Numbered from the stretch's first letter, positions 29,917 through 43,483 are shown. The stretch is 64,000 nt of DNA from Octopus vulgaris (GCA_951406725.2 OX597833.1:63922001-63986000), one strand, 5' to 3'. Numbers and translations are program-made. Notes: generated by a model from the sequence alone, not told the origin.

Positions 29917-29970
29917 TCCTTCTTTCTCTCCTTTCTTTCTTGCTTTCTTGCCTTTTATTCTTTCTTTCCT
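29190..29970. repeat. (TTTC)n polypyrimidine array with re-duplicated sub-blocks
   Basis: Recurrent TTATTCATTCTCCTCT and CTACCTTGCC landmarks. Confidence 0.9.
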
Positions 29971-29974
29971 GAAC

Positions 29975-32900
29975 TGAACCGCATATCCTCTGATATCTCA
30001 CGGATCGTGGATTCGACGATTTCCCCACACAGCTGCACACCCATCTGCGATGTTTTTTCTCAGTTCTGCTGGTCGTGGGTCTCCCCGGACATTCGTCAAT
30101 ATCTACATTCTTTCGGCCATCTTGGAAACGTCTGAACTATTCGCACACTTGTGTGACACTCCTACACTTGTGTGACACTCCCACACTTGTGTGCCACTCC
30201 TACACTTGTGTGCCACTCCTACACTTGTGTGCCACTCCTACACTTGTGTGCCACTCCTACACTTGTGTGACACTCCCACACTTGTGTGACACTCCCACAC
30301 TTGTGTGCCACTCCTACACTTGTGTGACACTCCCACACTTGTGTGCCACTCCTACACTTGTGTGCCACTCGTACACTTGTGTGACACTCCCACACTTGTG
30401 TGCCACTCCTACACTTGTGTGCCACTCGTACACTTGTGTGACACTCCCACACTTGTGTGACACTCCTACACTTGTGAGCCACTCGTTCACTTGTGTGACA
30501 CTCCTACACTTGTGAGCCACTCGTTCACTTGTGTGCCACTCCTACACTTGTGAGCCACTCGTATACTTGTGTGCCACTCCTACACTTGTGAGCCACTCGT
30601 TCACTTGTGTGACACTCCTACACTTGTGAGCCACTCGTTCACTTGTGTGCCACTCCTACACTTGTGAGCCACTCGTTCACTTGTGTGCCACTCCTACACT
30701 TGTGAGCCACTCGTTCACTTGTGTGCCACTCCTACACTTGTGAGCCACTCGTTCACTTGTGTGCCACTCCTACACTTGTGAGCCACTCGTTCACTTGTGT
30801 GACACTCCTACACTTGTGAGCCACTCGTTCACTTGTGTGCCACTCCTACACTTGTGAGCCACTCGTTCACTTGTGTGCCACTCCTACACTTGTGAGCCAC
30901 TCGTTCACTTGTGTGACACTCCTACACTTGTGAGCCACTCGTTCACTTGTGAGCCACTCGTTCACTTGTGTGCCACTCCTACACTTGTGTGCCACTCGTA
31001 CACTTGTGAGCCACTCGTTCACTTGTGTGCCACTCCTACACTTGTGAGCCACTCGTTCACTTGTGTGCCACTCCTACACTTGTGTGCCACTCGTACACTT
31101 GTGTGCCACTCGTACACTTGTGTGACACACCCACACTTGTGTGCCACTCCTACACTTGTGAGCCACTCGTTCACTTGTGTGCCACTCCTACACTTGTGAG
31201 CCACTCGTTCACTTGTGTGACACTCCCACACTTGTGAGCCACTCGTTCACTTGTGTGACACTCCTACACTTGTGAGCCACTCGTTCACTTGTGTGCCACT
31301 CCTACACTTGTGAGCCACTCGTTCACTTGTGTGCCACTCCTACACTTGTGACCCACTCGTTCACTTGTGTGCCACTCCTACACTTGTGAGCCACTCGTTC
31401 ACTTGTGTGACACTCCTACACTTGTGTGCCACTCCTACACTTGTGTGACACTCCCACACTTGTGTGTCACTCCTACACTTGTGAGCCACTCGTTCACTTG
31501 TGTGCCACTCCTACACTTGTGAGCCACTCGTTCACTTGTGTGACACTCCCACACTTGTGAGCCACTCGTTCACTTGTGTGACACTCCTACACTTGTGAGC
31601 CACTCGTTCACTTGTGTGCCACTCCTACACTTGTGAGCCACTCGTTCACTTGTGTGCCACTCCTACACTTGTGAGCCACTCGTTCACTTGTGTGCCACTC
31701 CTACACTTGTGAGCCACTCGTTCACTTGTGTGACACTCCTACACTTGTGTGCCACTCCTACACTTGTGTGACACTCCCACACTTGTGTGCCACTCCTACA
31801 CTTGTGTGCCACTCGTACACTTGTGTGACACTCCCACACTTGTGTGCCACTCCTACACTTGTGTGCCACTCGTACACTTGTGTGACACTCCCACACTTGT
31901 GTGACACTCCTACACTTGTGAGCCACTCGTTCACTTGTGTGACACTCCTACACTTGTGAGCCACTCGTTCACTTGTGTGCCACTCCTACACTTGTGAGCC
32001 ACTCGTATACTTGTGTGCCACTCCTACACTTGTGAGCCACTCGTTCACTTGTGTGACACTCCTACACTTGTGAGCCACTCGTTCACTTGTGTGCCACTCC
32101 TACACTTGTGAGCCACTCGTTCACTTGTGTGCCACTCCTACACTTGTGAGCCACTCGTTCACTTGTGTGCCACTCCTACACTTGTGAGCCACTCGTTCAC
32201 TTGTGTGCCACTCCTACACTTGTGAGCCACTCGTTCACTTGTGTGACACTCCTACACTTGTGAGCCACTCGTTCACTTGTGTGCCACTCCTACACTTGTG
32301 AGCCACTCGTTCACTTGTGTGCCACTCCTACACTTGTGAGCCACTCGTTCACTTGTGTGACACTCCTACACTTGTGAGCCACTCGTTCACTTATGAGCCA
32401 CTCGTTCACTTGTGTGCCACTCCTACACTTGTGTGCCACTCGTACACTTGTGAGCCACTCGTTCACTTGTGTGCCACTCCTACACTTGTGAGCCACTCGT
32501 TCACTTGTGTGCCACTCCTACACTTGTGTGCCACTCGTACACTTGTGTGCCACTCGTACACTTGTGTGACACTCCCACACTTGTGTGCCACTCCTACACT
32601 TGTGAGCCACTCGTTCACTTGTGTGCCACTCCTACACTTAGAGCCACTCGTTCACTTGTGTGACACTCCCACACTTGTGAGCCACTCGTTCACTTGTGTG
32701 ACACTCCTACACTTGTGAGCCACTCGTTCACTTGTGTGCCACTCCTACACTTGTGAGCCACTCGTTCACTTGTGTGCCACTCCTACACTTGTGAGCCACT
32801 CGTTCACTTGTGTGCCACTCCTACACTTGTGAGCCACTCGTTCACTTGTGTGACACTCCTACACTTGTGAGCCACTCGTTCACTTGTGTGCCACTCCTAC

Positions 32901-33306
32901 ACTTGTGAGCCACTCGTTCACTTGTGTGCCACTCCTACACTTGTGAGCCACTCGTTCACTTGTGTGCCACTCCTACACTTGTGAGCCACTCGTTCACTTG
33001 TGTGACACTCCTACACTTGTGTGACACTCGTTCACTTGTGTGCCACTCCTACACTTGTGTGCCACTCGTACACTTTCTGTGACTTTGCGTAGGCCTCTGA
33101 GCAGGTATCGGCAGGACAGTTTTCTGTGTCCTTGTCAATGCGATGATCTCGGGCTAGGCTCTTCCTTTCCAAGTACTGTAACCAGCGGAAGTGAGCTAGA
33201 ATGTTAAAACCCAGTGCGCATGCGCAGCAGAGGTCAGGGTCAATCTGAAATGCTTTAGCTTCGTTACTATAGCAACAGTCCGGATACTTATTGGCTGGAC
33301 CTCGTA
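29975..33306 (-). mobile_element. Mariner relic (5' TIR and transposase HTH region) interrupted by a satellite
   Basis: TIR TA-CGAGGTCCAGCCAATAAGTATCCGGAC at ~33278-33306. Minus strand reads DTCSEAYAKSQKVYE...[satellite]...TQVCE*FRRFQDGRKNVDIDECPGRPTTSRTEK. Homologous to 45015-45732. Confidence 0.85.
30144..33075. repeat. 19-bp minisatellite/satellite (~150 monomers) with 38-bp dimer and 1444-bp higher-order repeat
   Basis: Monomers such as CACTTGTGTGCCACTCCTA and CACTTGTGAGCCACTCGTT. The rare variant GTATAC occurs at 30561 and 32005 (offset 1444 = 76 monomers). Confidence 0.95.
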
Positions 33307-33411
33307 TATATAGTCAAATCGAACATCGATAATAACAAGTAACAAAGTAACAAACGGGCAACACATGGAATGTATTTGTTTGTCGATCAGTGAAGTGGGG
33401 AAAAAAGGTAG

Positions 33412-33450
33412 GTCTTTGACGTTTCGGACTAAAACACTTCGTCAGGAAGA
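33412..33450 (-). ncRNA. Minimal hammerhead-like motif (diverged)
   Basis: Minus strand: TCTTC-CTGACGA-AGTGTTTTAGTCC-GAAAC-GTC-AAAGA. Core intact, stem II decayed. Confidence 0.55.
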
Positions 33451-33544
33451 GGGAGAGAAGGGAAACGTGCGGAGAAGGGAATGACAATGTCGGTGATTAT
33501 GATGACGATGATGATGAAGATGACGATGACGATGAGGATTCTCT

Positions 33545-33948
33545 CTTCTCTTTCTCTTTTACTTGTTTCAGTCATTTGACTGCGGCCATGCTGGAGCACC
33601 GCCTTTAATCGAGCTACTCGACCCCGGGACTTATTCTTTGTAAGCCCAGTACTTATTCTATCGGTCTCTTTTTTGCCGAACCGCTAAGTGACGGGGACGT
33701 AAACACACCAGTATCGGTTGTCAAGCGATGCTAGGGGGACAAACACAGACACACAAACACACACATATATATATACATATATACGACAGGCTTCTTTCAG
33801 TTTCCGTCTACCAAATCCACTCACAAGGCATTGCTCGGCCCGGGGCTATAGCAGAAGACACTTGCCCAAGATGCCACGCAGTGGGACTGAACCCGGAACC
33901 ATGTGGTTGGTTAGCAAGCTACTTACCACACAGCTACTCCTGCGCCTA
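33545..33948 (-). mobile_element. SINE family A, full length
   Basis: Matches the family A consensus. Confidence 0.9.
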
Positions 33949-33993
33949 TTGATGATGATGATGATGATGATGAAGACGATGATGACGATGATA

Positions 33994-34027
<34 letters not shown>

Positions 34028-34245
34028 CAACGATGATAACGATGATAATGATGATGATGATGATGATGATGATGACAATGATGATGACGATGATGATGAT
34101 GTTGACAATTATGTTGAAGATAATGGTGCTGATGACGGTCTTGGTGATGTTGATGATGATGACGACGATAATTAATGATTGATGATAATGATGATGATTG
34201 ATGATGTTGATGGTGATTAATGATGATTGATGAGGATGACAGTCT

Positions 34246-34313
<68 letters not shown>

Positions 34314-34732
34314 GTGATGATGATGACGGTGATGATGATACTGAGAAGAGGAAAGCGAAGGAGTGATTGTGAAAGTGAGAAAATAAGAAAAGAAAAACAA
34401 AAAAAAAAGCAGAGAGCCAATGAACCTGAAATCGTTGTGCGGGCGTGTGTGCGCATGCGTACATGTGTGAATAATGTTGATCTCTTATAAGAAAATGTGT
34501 ATTTGATAATGTACAGGTGGAAGTGTCCAATAGCAATGCACTCAATGACCGAAACGAAATGTGAAATGAGGTTACGTGTGCGCATGCGTGTGTGCCTGTG
34601 TGTGTGTGAGTGTATGGGTGTGCGTGTGTGCATGTTTGTATGTGTGTGTGTTTATCTAGTTTTTTTTTTCTCTTTTGGTCTACCTTTCGTCAATACAGCT
34701 AATTACACAAACAATGACGCACACCTTTTACA

Positions 34733-34766
<34 letters not shown>

Positions 34767-35247
34767 ACATTTACACATATACACAGACACACACACACAC
34801 ATACACGCACACCGCAGTTTCACAGACACACACTAACATAGAGAAAGATAGATAATTAGGTGAAGAGAGAAAGAGAGAAAGAAGGAGAAGTATGTAAATC
34901 AGTGTAAAAAGAAATTGACTTTCATGTCAAATCCTTGTCCATATATACAATTATATGTATATATGTAAATATGTATGTACGTATGTATGCATGCATGTAT
35001 GTATGTATGTATGTATGTATGTATGTATGTATGTATGTATGTATGTGTGTGTGTGTATGTATGTATGTATGTATGTATGTATTTATGTGTGTGTGTGTGT
35101 ATGTATGCATATATGTATGTATATACGTATGTGTGTGTATGGATGTATGTGTATATATATGTGTGTGTGTTTGTATGTGTTTGTGTGTGTATGTATGTAT
35201 GTATTTATGCATGTATTCCTGTATGCATGTATGTATGTATATACACA

Positions 35248-35317
<70 letters not shown>

Positions 35318-35929
35318 CACACATATATATATATTAACATATGGAGCAATATATATATATCAACACACACACACACACATATATACGTACACGTATGTTT
35401 GTGCTTGTGTGTGTTTGTGTGTGTTTGTTTGTATGTGTATGTGGAGGGTATGCATGCGCACGTAACCTGCTTGTTGCAACTTCACAAGATACGTCGAATA
35501 CCATGTTACAAAGGGAGCGAATCTGTGCCCCAGTTTTTTTTCTTATATTCTCCCTCGAAGGCAAAATGGAAGTTGTACCCGATGAACGGCAGGATGCACG
35601 TGCCTTCGAACCATACAAGGCTACCGGAAGCCATTATCATGTGGCAAAACTGTCAACAAAGAAATTAAACGGGCACAGCTTGTGCATCACAAACTCCCTA
35701 AGAGACTCGTGATGCAGTATACGACGGAATATAGTAAGTGGTGGTCATCTCCAGAGATACTGGTTGTAATGTTTACCGTCGTGCCATTTGGTAACTTTAA
35801 GCTCAGCAATGTTGGGTGACGCACGCGGACGTAGACAGCTGGCGTTCGCATTTAGTGGAGCAGGTTAAAGGTAAATATTACAATTCCATTGAACCCTGAA
35901 CATCACCATTATATCAAGGGCCTGTAATC

Positions 35930-36509
35930 CAGTGGTCCGCAACCAGTATGCTGCGGCACACTAGTATGTCACGAGACGATGGTAGGTGTGCCTCAGTGTA
36001 ACATGACTCTTTTACTCTTTTAACCTTTTACTTGTTTCAGGCATTTGATTGCGGCCATGCTGGAGCACCGCCTTTAGCCGAGCAAATCGACCCCAGGACT
36101 TATACTTTGTAAGCCTAGTACTTATTCTATCGGTCTTTTTTGCCGAACCGCTAAGTTACGGGGACGTAAACACACCAGCATCGGTTGTCAAGTGATGTTC
36201 GGGACGCACACATGCATGTTTGTGTTTGTGTGCGTCCCGAACATCACTTGACAACCGATGCTGGTGTGTTTACGTCCCCGTAACTTAGCGGTTCGGCAAA
36301 AAAGACCGATAGAATAAGTACTAGGCTTACAAAGTATAAGTCCTGGGGTCGATTTGCTCGGCTAAAGGCGGTGCTCCAGCATGGCCGCAATCAAATGCCT
36401 GAAACAAGTAAAAGGTTAAAAGAGTAAAAGAGTCATGATACACAGAGACACACCTAGCATCCTCTCGTGGCACACCAGTGTGCCGCGCCATACTGGTTGC
36501 GGAGCACTG
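35930..36509. mobile_element. hAT/Charlie-like MITE arms enclosing a perfect inverted duplication of a SINE A tail
   Basis: Outer arms CAGTGGTCCGCAACCAGTATG.../...CATACTGGTTGCGGAGCACTG are diverged. Inner arms 36002-36212 and 36227-36437 are identical by eye. Confidence 0.85.
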
Positions 36510-36535
36510 TTAACAGACCCGTGGCATAGTTGCGT

Positions 36536-36607
<72 letters not shown>

Positions 36608-36627
36608 CACATTTATATATACATACA

Positions 36628-36776
36628 TATACGACGGGCTTCTTTAAGTTTCCGTCTACCAAATCCATTCAGGCGATAGTAGAAGATACTTGCCCAAGGT
36701 GCCACGCAGTGGGACTGAACCATGAACCATGTGGTTGGTAAGCAAGCTACTTACCACACAGCCACTCTTACGCCTA
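36628..36776 (-). mobile_element. SINE family A head
   Basis: Matches the head consensus with an internal deletion. Confidence 0.85.
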
Positions 36777-38065
36777 TAATTTTTTCCTTACACTGTTAGT
36801 TATACTTGTAATTCAGGCGTGCTGCCGAATTTTGAAAACAATATGTTGTAAAGTGGTCTTTTGCCACTGTTGTATATCTGTCTTTTGACGACGGTTTTCG
36901 TTCTGACACATATTGTTACATTCCGAAGTTGTCGGGAGAATGGTTCTGTCTGGCACTGTACGACCCCCAGTCCTAAGTGTTATTATCATCAAAACGTTGG
37001 ATCTTTATAACGTCCACTCAGTATCACAATATAATTACTATATCAGCACAGACACGACTATCAACGCAGTCTACACGTACTCTCGACCTTCCCGACCTCC
37101 TTGACAACCAACTACTGATCTATTCATAATGGCAGGTTACTACCACATTTTTACCGAGAGAAGTGTATAGTTTCACTATACAACAGAATATAAGTGTACT
37201 CTAAGATAAAAAAGGTTTTCGGGGTCTAATCCATTGAAAGAACAGAATGACAGCCAATCAATCTAATGTCACAAGCTCATTTGATATACTATGGTAGCAA
37301 ATACCACATGAATGCAATCTGTCCAGAAGAAAAATAATAAATTGCAGCAGATAGTGAATAATGTAATAATAGCAGTAACTGCAGATTCTCAGGCTTGAAG
37401 ATGGTGGTTATTATTGAGACTTTTTCTTCTCTTTAGCGCAATCTTACGCGGATTCAGTGGATTTAACATGGCGGAATCAGACGTATTATTCTCGTCCTCA
37501 TTGATATAAAGTAACAAAGGTATACATCGATGGAGAAAACCAAGCGTTTTTCTCGTTTGGTATTGCAATGGCAGAGAAAACGAGCAACGACATCACATGT
37601 TTTATATATCGCCTTGTCACGATGGAAAACAGATAGAGACTTACTTAGAGAGAAGTTATCGGATGAAAAGTAAAAGAACGTAGGTGCCTGAAACTATAAA
37701 TACTGCTTAGACAAAAGACTAAAGACAAGCAAAAATCTGAAAATCCCTTGCAGATAGTTCGGCTCACTCTTTGGAATATCTATGCTTTAAGTGTCAGATA
37801 CAAATGCTGAACCAAACGACATACAACGAAGCTAATGAGTGCTGTGAAACGGAGATATGTAAACACTGCATCGTAAGACAAATGACACACTTTTAGTAAG
37901 CCTTGCGCCAAAGGACTTTGTTTCGTAAATGTACAAATCTGTAAATAATTTAGTGGACTTTCCACATGACAGTACCGACAGGCATCCTTCCTTCAAAATT
38001 ACCAACAATCTTAATTGAAAGCGTTGTTGTTGTTATTATTATTATTAAGGTGGCGAGCTGGCAGA

Positions 38066-38490
<425 letters not shown>

Positions 38491-38492
38491 AA

Positions 38493-38659
38493 TAGGCGCA
38501 GGAGTGGCTGTGTGGTAAGTAGCTTGCTTACCAGCCACATGGTTCCGGGTTCAGTCCCACTGCGTGGCACCTTGGGCAAGCGTATTCTACTTTAGCCTCG
38601 GGCCGACCAAAGCCTTGTGAGTGGATTTGGTAGACGGAAACTGAAAGAAGCCCGTCGTA

Positions 38660-38718
<59 letters not shown>

Positions 38719-38955
38719 ATGTGTGTGTGTGTGTGTGTGTGTGTTGCGTGTGTTTGTGTGTCTGTGTTTGTCCCCCTAGCATTACTTGACAACCATTGCT
38801 GGTGTGTTTATGTCCCCGTCACTTAGCGGTTCGGCAAAAGAGACCGATAGAAATAAGTACTGGGCTTACAACCAATAAGTCCCGGGGTCGAGTTGCTCGA
38901 CTAAAGGCAGTGCTCCAGCATGGCCGCAGTCAAATGACTGAAACAAGTAAAAGAA
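38493..38955 (+). mobile_element. SINE family A, full length
   Basis: GGCGCAGGAGTGGCTGTGTGG...AATGACTGAAACAAGTAAAAGA. Confidence 0.9.
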
Positions 38956-39503
38956 AAGAAAAGAAAAGAAAAGACAGAAAGAAATAATAATAATGATGTA
39001 CCAGTCATACACCAAAGTCAATAGAATCTGTCATACCTCCCGCTATAATAATTTTCCGTTCCTTTCGCCTTTTGACTTATTAAGTTTAAAGACATGTCAC
39101 ATTTTACGGCGTTCAGTATTTTCTCTCTAATACCACCAAGTTCTCAAAAAGGCTTTGCTTATTTTAACCGATGTCAAACAATAAAAGTGACGTTTTCGCA
39201 CGACACACAATGCTATTTATTGGTTGGGAGGCAAAATGGAAGTCAAACACAAACACAAACTACAAAAAAAAAAACGAAAAGGAAAAACAAAAGGACAAAA
39301 TAGTGTTTAACGAATATTTCAATGTTCGTTTAAAGTGCACCGACTGACGTCATATGTCGTTTGCTTTGTATCAGTGTAAATGCGTGCAGATGAGTGTATA
39401 CGCGTGTGTGTGAGTGTGACAGTTTTCTTTTAGAACTCACACACAGCTATACACACACATGCACACACATATATACACAAATATACACACGTGTGAGTAT
39501 GTC

Positions 39504-39548
<45 letters not shown>

Positions 39549-39610
39549 TTACACACACATACACGTATATATGTATATATATATATAATTGTGCATCTAT
39601 ATATATATGC

Positions 39611-39678
<68 letters not shown>

Positions 39679-39765
39679 GTGTGTGTGTGTGTCTATGTGC
39701 GTGTATGTGTGTATTGTATGCGCGAATATATGGTATGTGAGGTATGTATTACCTACATATTTGCA

Positions 39766-39801
<36 letters not shown>

Positions 39802-39823
39802 CATCTGTATATACGTATATCAT

Positions 39824-39905
<82 letters not shown>

Positions 39906-40359
39906 CTATATCTACACACACTGTGTGTGTGTGTATATGTAAATCTACACACACTCATATATATATATGTGTTAGTATGTGTGTGTGTATGTGTGTGCGC
40001 CTGCGCGTTCCTTAAGTCTAATTTTTCCCACTAGTTTCCCTGTGTTTATTTTATGGAGTGTCATGTGCGAAAGACGGGGGAGAAATGTGAGGGGAGCTAA
40101 TTCAATTATTAGCAGTGTGAAAGGTGACCGGGTGAGAAGGAGAACAAAAATAATAAGCGCGTGCAAAGTCGGAATAGTAGTAGTAGTAGTGGTGGTGGTG
40201 GTGGTGGTTTTTAGAGATGGTAGCGATTGTAATAAAGGGGACATAATTTCCTATGTAAATATATTTGACCTTTTCTGAACAAACCTTATTAGCAATCTAC
40301 CATCTATCGATCCGTCCCTCGACTTTCCTTTCTATCTCTGTAAATATATATACATACGT

Positions 40360-40393
<34 letters not shown>

Positions 40394-40728
40394 GTAAGTG
40401 TGTAAGTGAGTGTGTGTGTGTGTGTGTGAAACGTGTGTGCATGTGCGGAGGCGGTTTGGGTGTTTTTACTCAAACTGACTCCGGCACCTAAGGTTTCATG
40501 CAGTGCACACTTTATTATTCTTGCAACTAAGTGCTGATTAGATTACAAAATATACGCATACAAATACACGCATTTCGCGAAATGGAATTTTGTGGGCTGC
40601 TCTACAGCACCGTTACATACATGCAAGTATACCTATATGCATATATACATACATATATTCATACATACATATATTCATACATACATATATAAACACATAC
40701 ACAGACACATAGTAATCCTAACCAGTAA

Positions 40729-40775
<47 letters not shown>

Positions 40776-40778
<3 letters not shown>

Positions 40779-40973
40779 GAGTAAACACATAAATGTGAAA
40801 CAAGGTGGAAAAAAGAGTACTCAAATACCAGTGGTAGAGTAATATGCTTTATTTAAAGCAGCAGAAAATTCAACAAAACCTGTTACTCTGAGTTTCCCGT
40901 TGCCGTTCGTTGGATAGTTTTTGCTAGCGACGAACGGCAACGGGAAACTCAGAGTAACAGGTTTTGTTGAATT

Positions 40974-40977
<4 letters not shown>
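40776..40977 (-). mobile_element. HHR element in (TA)n with a 48-bp inverted duplication of the ribozyme
   Basis: Arms 40863-40910 and 40930-40977. Minus strand: AAAACTAT-CCAACGA-ACGGCAACGG-GAAACTCAGAGT-A-ACAGGTTTT, then AATAAA and a tail. Confidence 0.7.
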
Positions 40978-41042
<65 letters not shown>

Positions 41043-41044
41043 AT

Positions 41045-41192
41045 CTTTACTCTTTTACCTGTTTCAGTCATTTTGACTGTGGCCATGCTGGAGCACCGCC
41101 TTTAGTCGAGCAAATAGTCCCCAGGACTTGTTCTTTGTAAGCCTAGTACTTATTCTATCGGTCTCTTTTGCCGAACCGCTAGCTTACGGAGA
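41045..41192 (-). mobile_element. SINE family A tail fragment
   Basis: Matches the tail consensus. Confidence 0.85.
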
Positions 41193-41324
41193 CAATACAA
41201 AATGCAGCTACAATTTATAGTTTAAGAATAAACCAAAAGAACATAATGGGAAGGAATAGAGGGATAAAATGGTAAGAGAAAAGGTAAAATAATTATAAGA
41301 ATAGATATAGATAATATATATGTA

Positions 41325-41510
41325 AATTGCTGGAGATTTTTTTTCCTCCGTCTTCCCTTCTATTAGACTTTCCTCATTTTCCGAAGAAGAGCGTCTGCCC
41401 GAAACATTAAACCACCTTTCCTTCCTTTCCTGAGCTGCTGCTAATACATTACATGTACCAGGTACTCGCGTTGCTGTTTTTTTTTGTTTTTGTTCGTTTT
41501 GGTTTTACAT
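41325..41510 (+). mobile_element. HHR element family 1, diverged (motif at 41376-41411)
   Basis: TTTT-CCGAAGA-AGAGCGTCTGCCC-GAAAC-ATT-AAA. Flanks homologous to the 17458 copy. Confidence 0.65.
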
Positions 41511-41784
41511 ATAAATATTCACAAGTACATACATGCACCCATATACATACATACATACATATACATCCTTTACATTGATTTTCATGAAATATTTTGAATA
41601 TGCATATAAAAGCAGCTATTCCATTTTATCAGCATCAGTCAAATGAGTCCAACTGATGATACCAGATGTTTGGGGTCGCACCGACCTTTGCCGATAAAAT
41701 GTAAGATAAATATAGTTATAATAATAACCCATATCTTAAAATATCAAAATATTAAAATATTATAAATTCCATCTAAGTATTCGG

Positions 41785-41899
41785 GTGCCGGGTTTAGTCA
41801 CACTGCGTGGTATCTTGGGCAAGTGTCTTCTACTATAGCCTCGGTCCGACCATAGCCATGTGAGTGGATTTGATAGGCGGAAACTGAAGGAAGCCCGTC

Positions 41900-41973
<74 letters not shown>

Positions 41974-42160
41974 TGGTAGTGTCTATGTCACTTGACAAGA
42001 GATGGTGGTGTGTTTATGTCCCAGTAACTTAGCGGTTCAGCAAAATAGACCGATAGAATAAGTACTAGGCTTACAAAGAATAAATCCTGGGGTCGATTTG
42101 CTCGACTAAAGGCGGTGCCCCAGCATGGCTGCAGTCAATAGCCTGCAACAAGTAAAAGAA
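41785..42160 (+). mobile_element. SINE family A (5'-eroded)
   Basis: Matches the family A consensus. Confidence 0.85.
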
Positions 42161-42164
42161 GATG

Positions 42165-42201
<37 letters not shown>

Positions 42202-42211
42202 GCATGTATGG

Positions 42212-42431
42212 CATTTGAATATGGCTAACCCATAAGGGTGGATGCTACTGTAGTTTGTAGCCCCAGGAAGACAGCTCCTCCCGTTGGCTATAGACACACT
42301 ATCTGTGTCCTGTCAGTATTTGTATACTGACAGGACACAGATAGTGTGTCTATAGCCAGTTGGAGGAGGTATCTTCCTGGGGCTACAAACTACAGTAGCA
42401 TCCACCCTTATGGGTTAGCCATATTCAAATG
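42212..42431. repeat. Long palindrome (108-bp arms, 4-nt loop) with a ~60-nt tail, between TA tracts
   Basis: 42212-42319 pairs with 42324-42431, with one mismatch patch. Confidence 0.9.
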
Positions 42432-42537
42432 GCAAATATGCAACACGATGTGTTAGCGCTACTGTTTATAACTCGCTCTGAGATTTATCATTATATATAT
42501 ATAAATATATATTTATATATGCACACACATACCTACA

Positions 42538-42752
42538 TTCGTCAGGGTGCTGTAAAATTCCCGGCTCTTGGCTCTTGGCTCTTTCCTGTCGCGAAAGGCC
42601 CGGCTGGAAGCCCAACCTTCCGAGTTCTCTTAAAAGAACTGAATAACTGTGTGAATCTGAGAGTCGAATATGTTGAATAAAACCATGATAAACTGATTCT
42701 CCTGCATTTTCTTTTACCCAAAACTAGGAACTTGTCAGCAATCTCTGGCATA
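42538..42752 (+). mobile_element. Mariner-derived MITE
   Basis: Degenerate TIRs GGGTGCTGTAAAATTCCCGG / CTAGGAACTTGTCAGCA. Internal NNCVNLRVEYVE* resembles the mariner C-terminus. Confidence 0.5.
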
Positions 42753-43178
42753 TATGTATGTATGTACGTATGTATGTATGTAGAGGCATAGAGATGGTTA
42801 TATGTATATGAATATATTGTATGTGCGTGTGTTTGTGTGTTAAAGAGATTGTGAGATTGTGTGTGTGTGTGCATTGTTCAAATTTTCAGCTTTATCATAG
42901 TTCGTCATGGTGATTCTGCTATGAATTAAGTTTCCAGTGCATCTATCTGAGTAATTCCCAGCACGCTGATTCAACGAATCCTATTGACCAAGACCTGGAC
43001 GCCAGTAAGTCGAAAATGATGAGTGAGTCAATCTCCATGCGCGTTTCTTAATGTATGCATGCATGTATGTATGTATGTATGTATGTATGTATGTATGTAT
43101 GTATGTATGTATGTATGTACGTACGCATGTATGTATGTATGTATGTATGTATGTATGTATATATACGAGCATGTATTC

Positions 43179-43231
<53 letters not shown>

Positions 43232-43410
43232 CATGTATATAAAACAAGATGAATAAATATGCACTCTTCAAAACGTCCGCAGTTATCTTACTGTTAATAA
43301 AATATTTATTATTACTCAGCAAACACGCACACACACACGCACACACACACATATAAACTCACATAATATATATATATATATATATTATACATGTATGTGT
43401 GTGTATAAGT

Positions 43411-43483
<73 letters not shown>

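Noticed and set aside
29048-30135. Long Phe/Leu/Ser ORFs (also 59644-60871)
   Set aside because: (TTTC)n/(TTCC)n tracts lack stop codons by composition.
30144-33075. CRISPR-like regular array
   Set aside because: No unique spacers, no cas genes and a eukaryotic context. It is a tandem 19-mer satellite.
35480-35860. Possible Tc1/mariner fragment or exon (KLYPM...)
   Set aside because: Similarity too weak to support by eye.
36830-37950. Possible piggyBac relic (GYYHIFTER; Cys-rich end KPCAKGLC)
   Set aside because: Too degraded, with no TTAA-bounded TIRs found. Needs a translated search.
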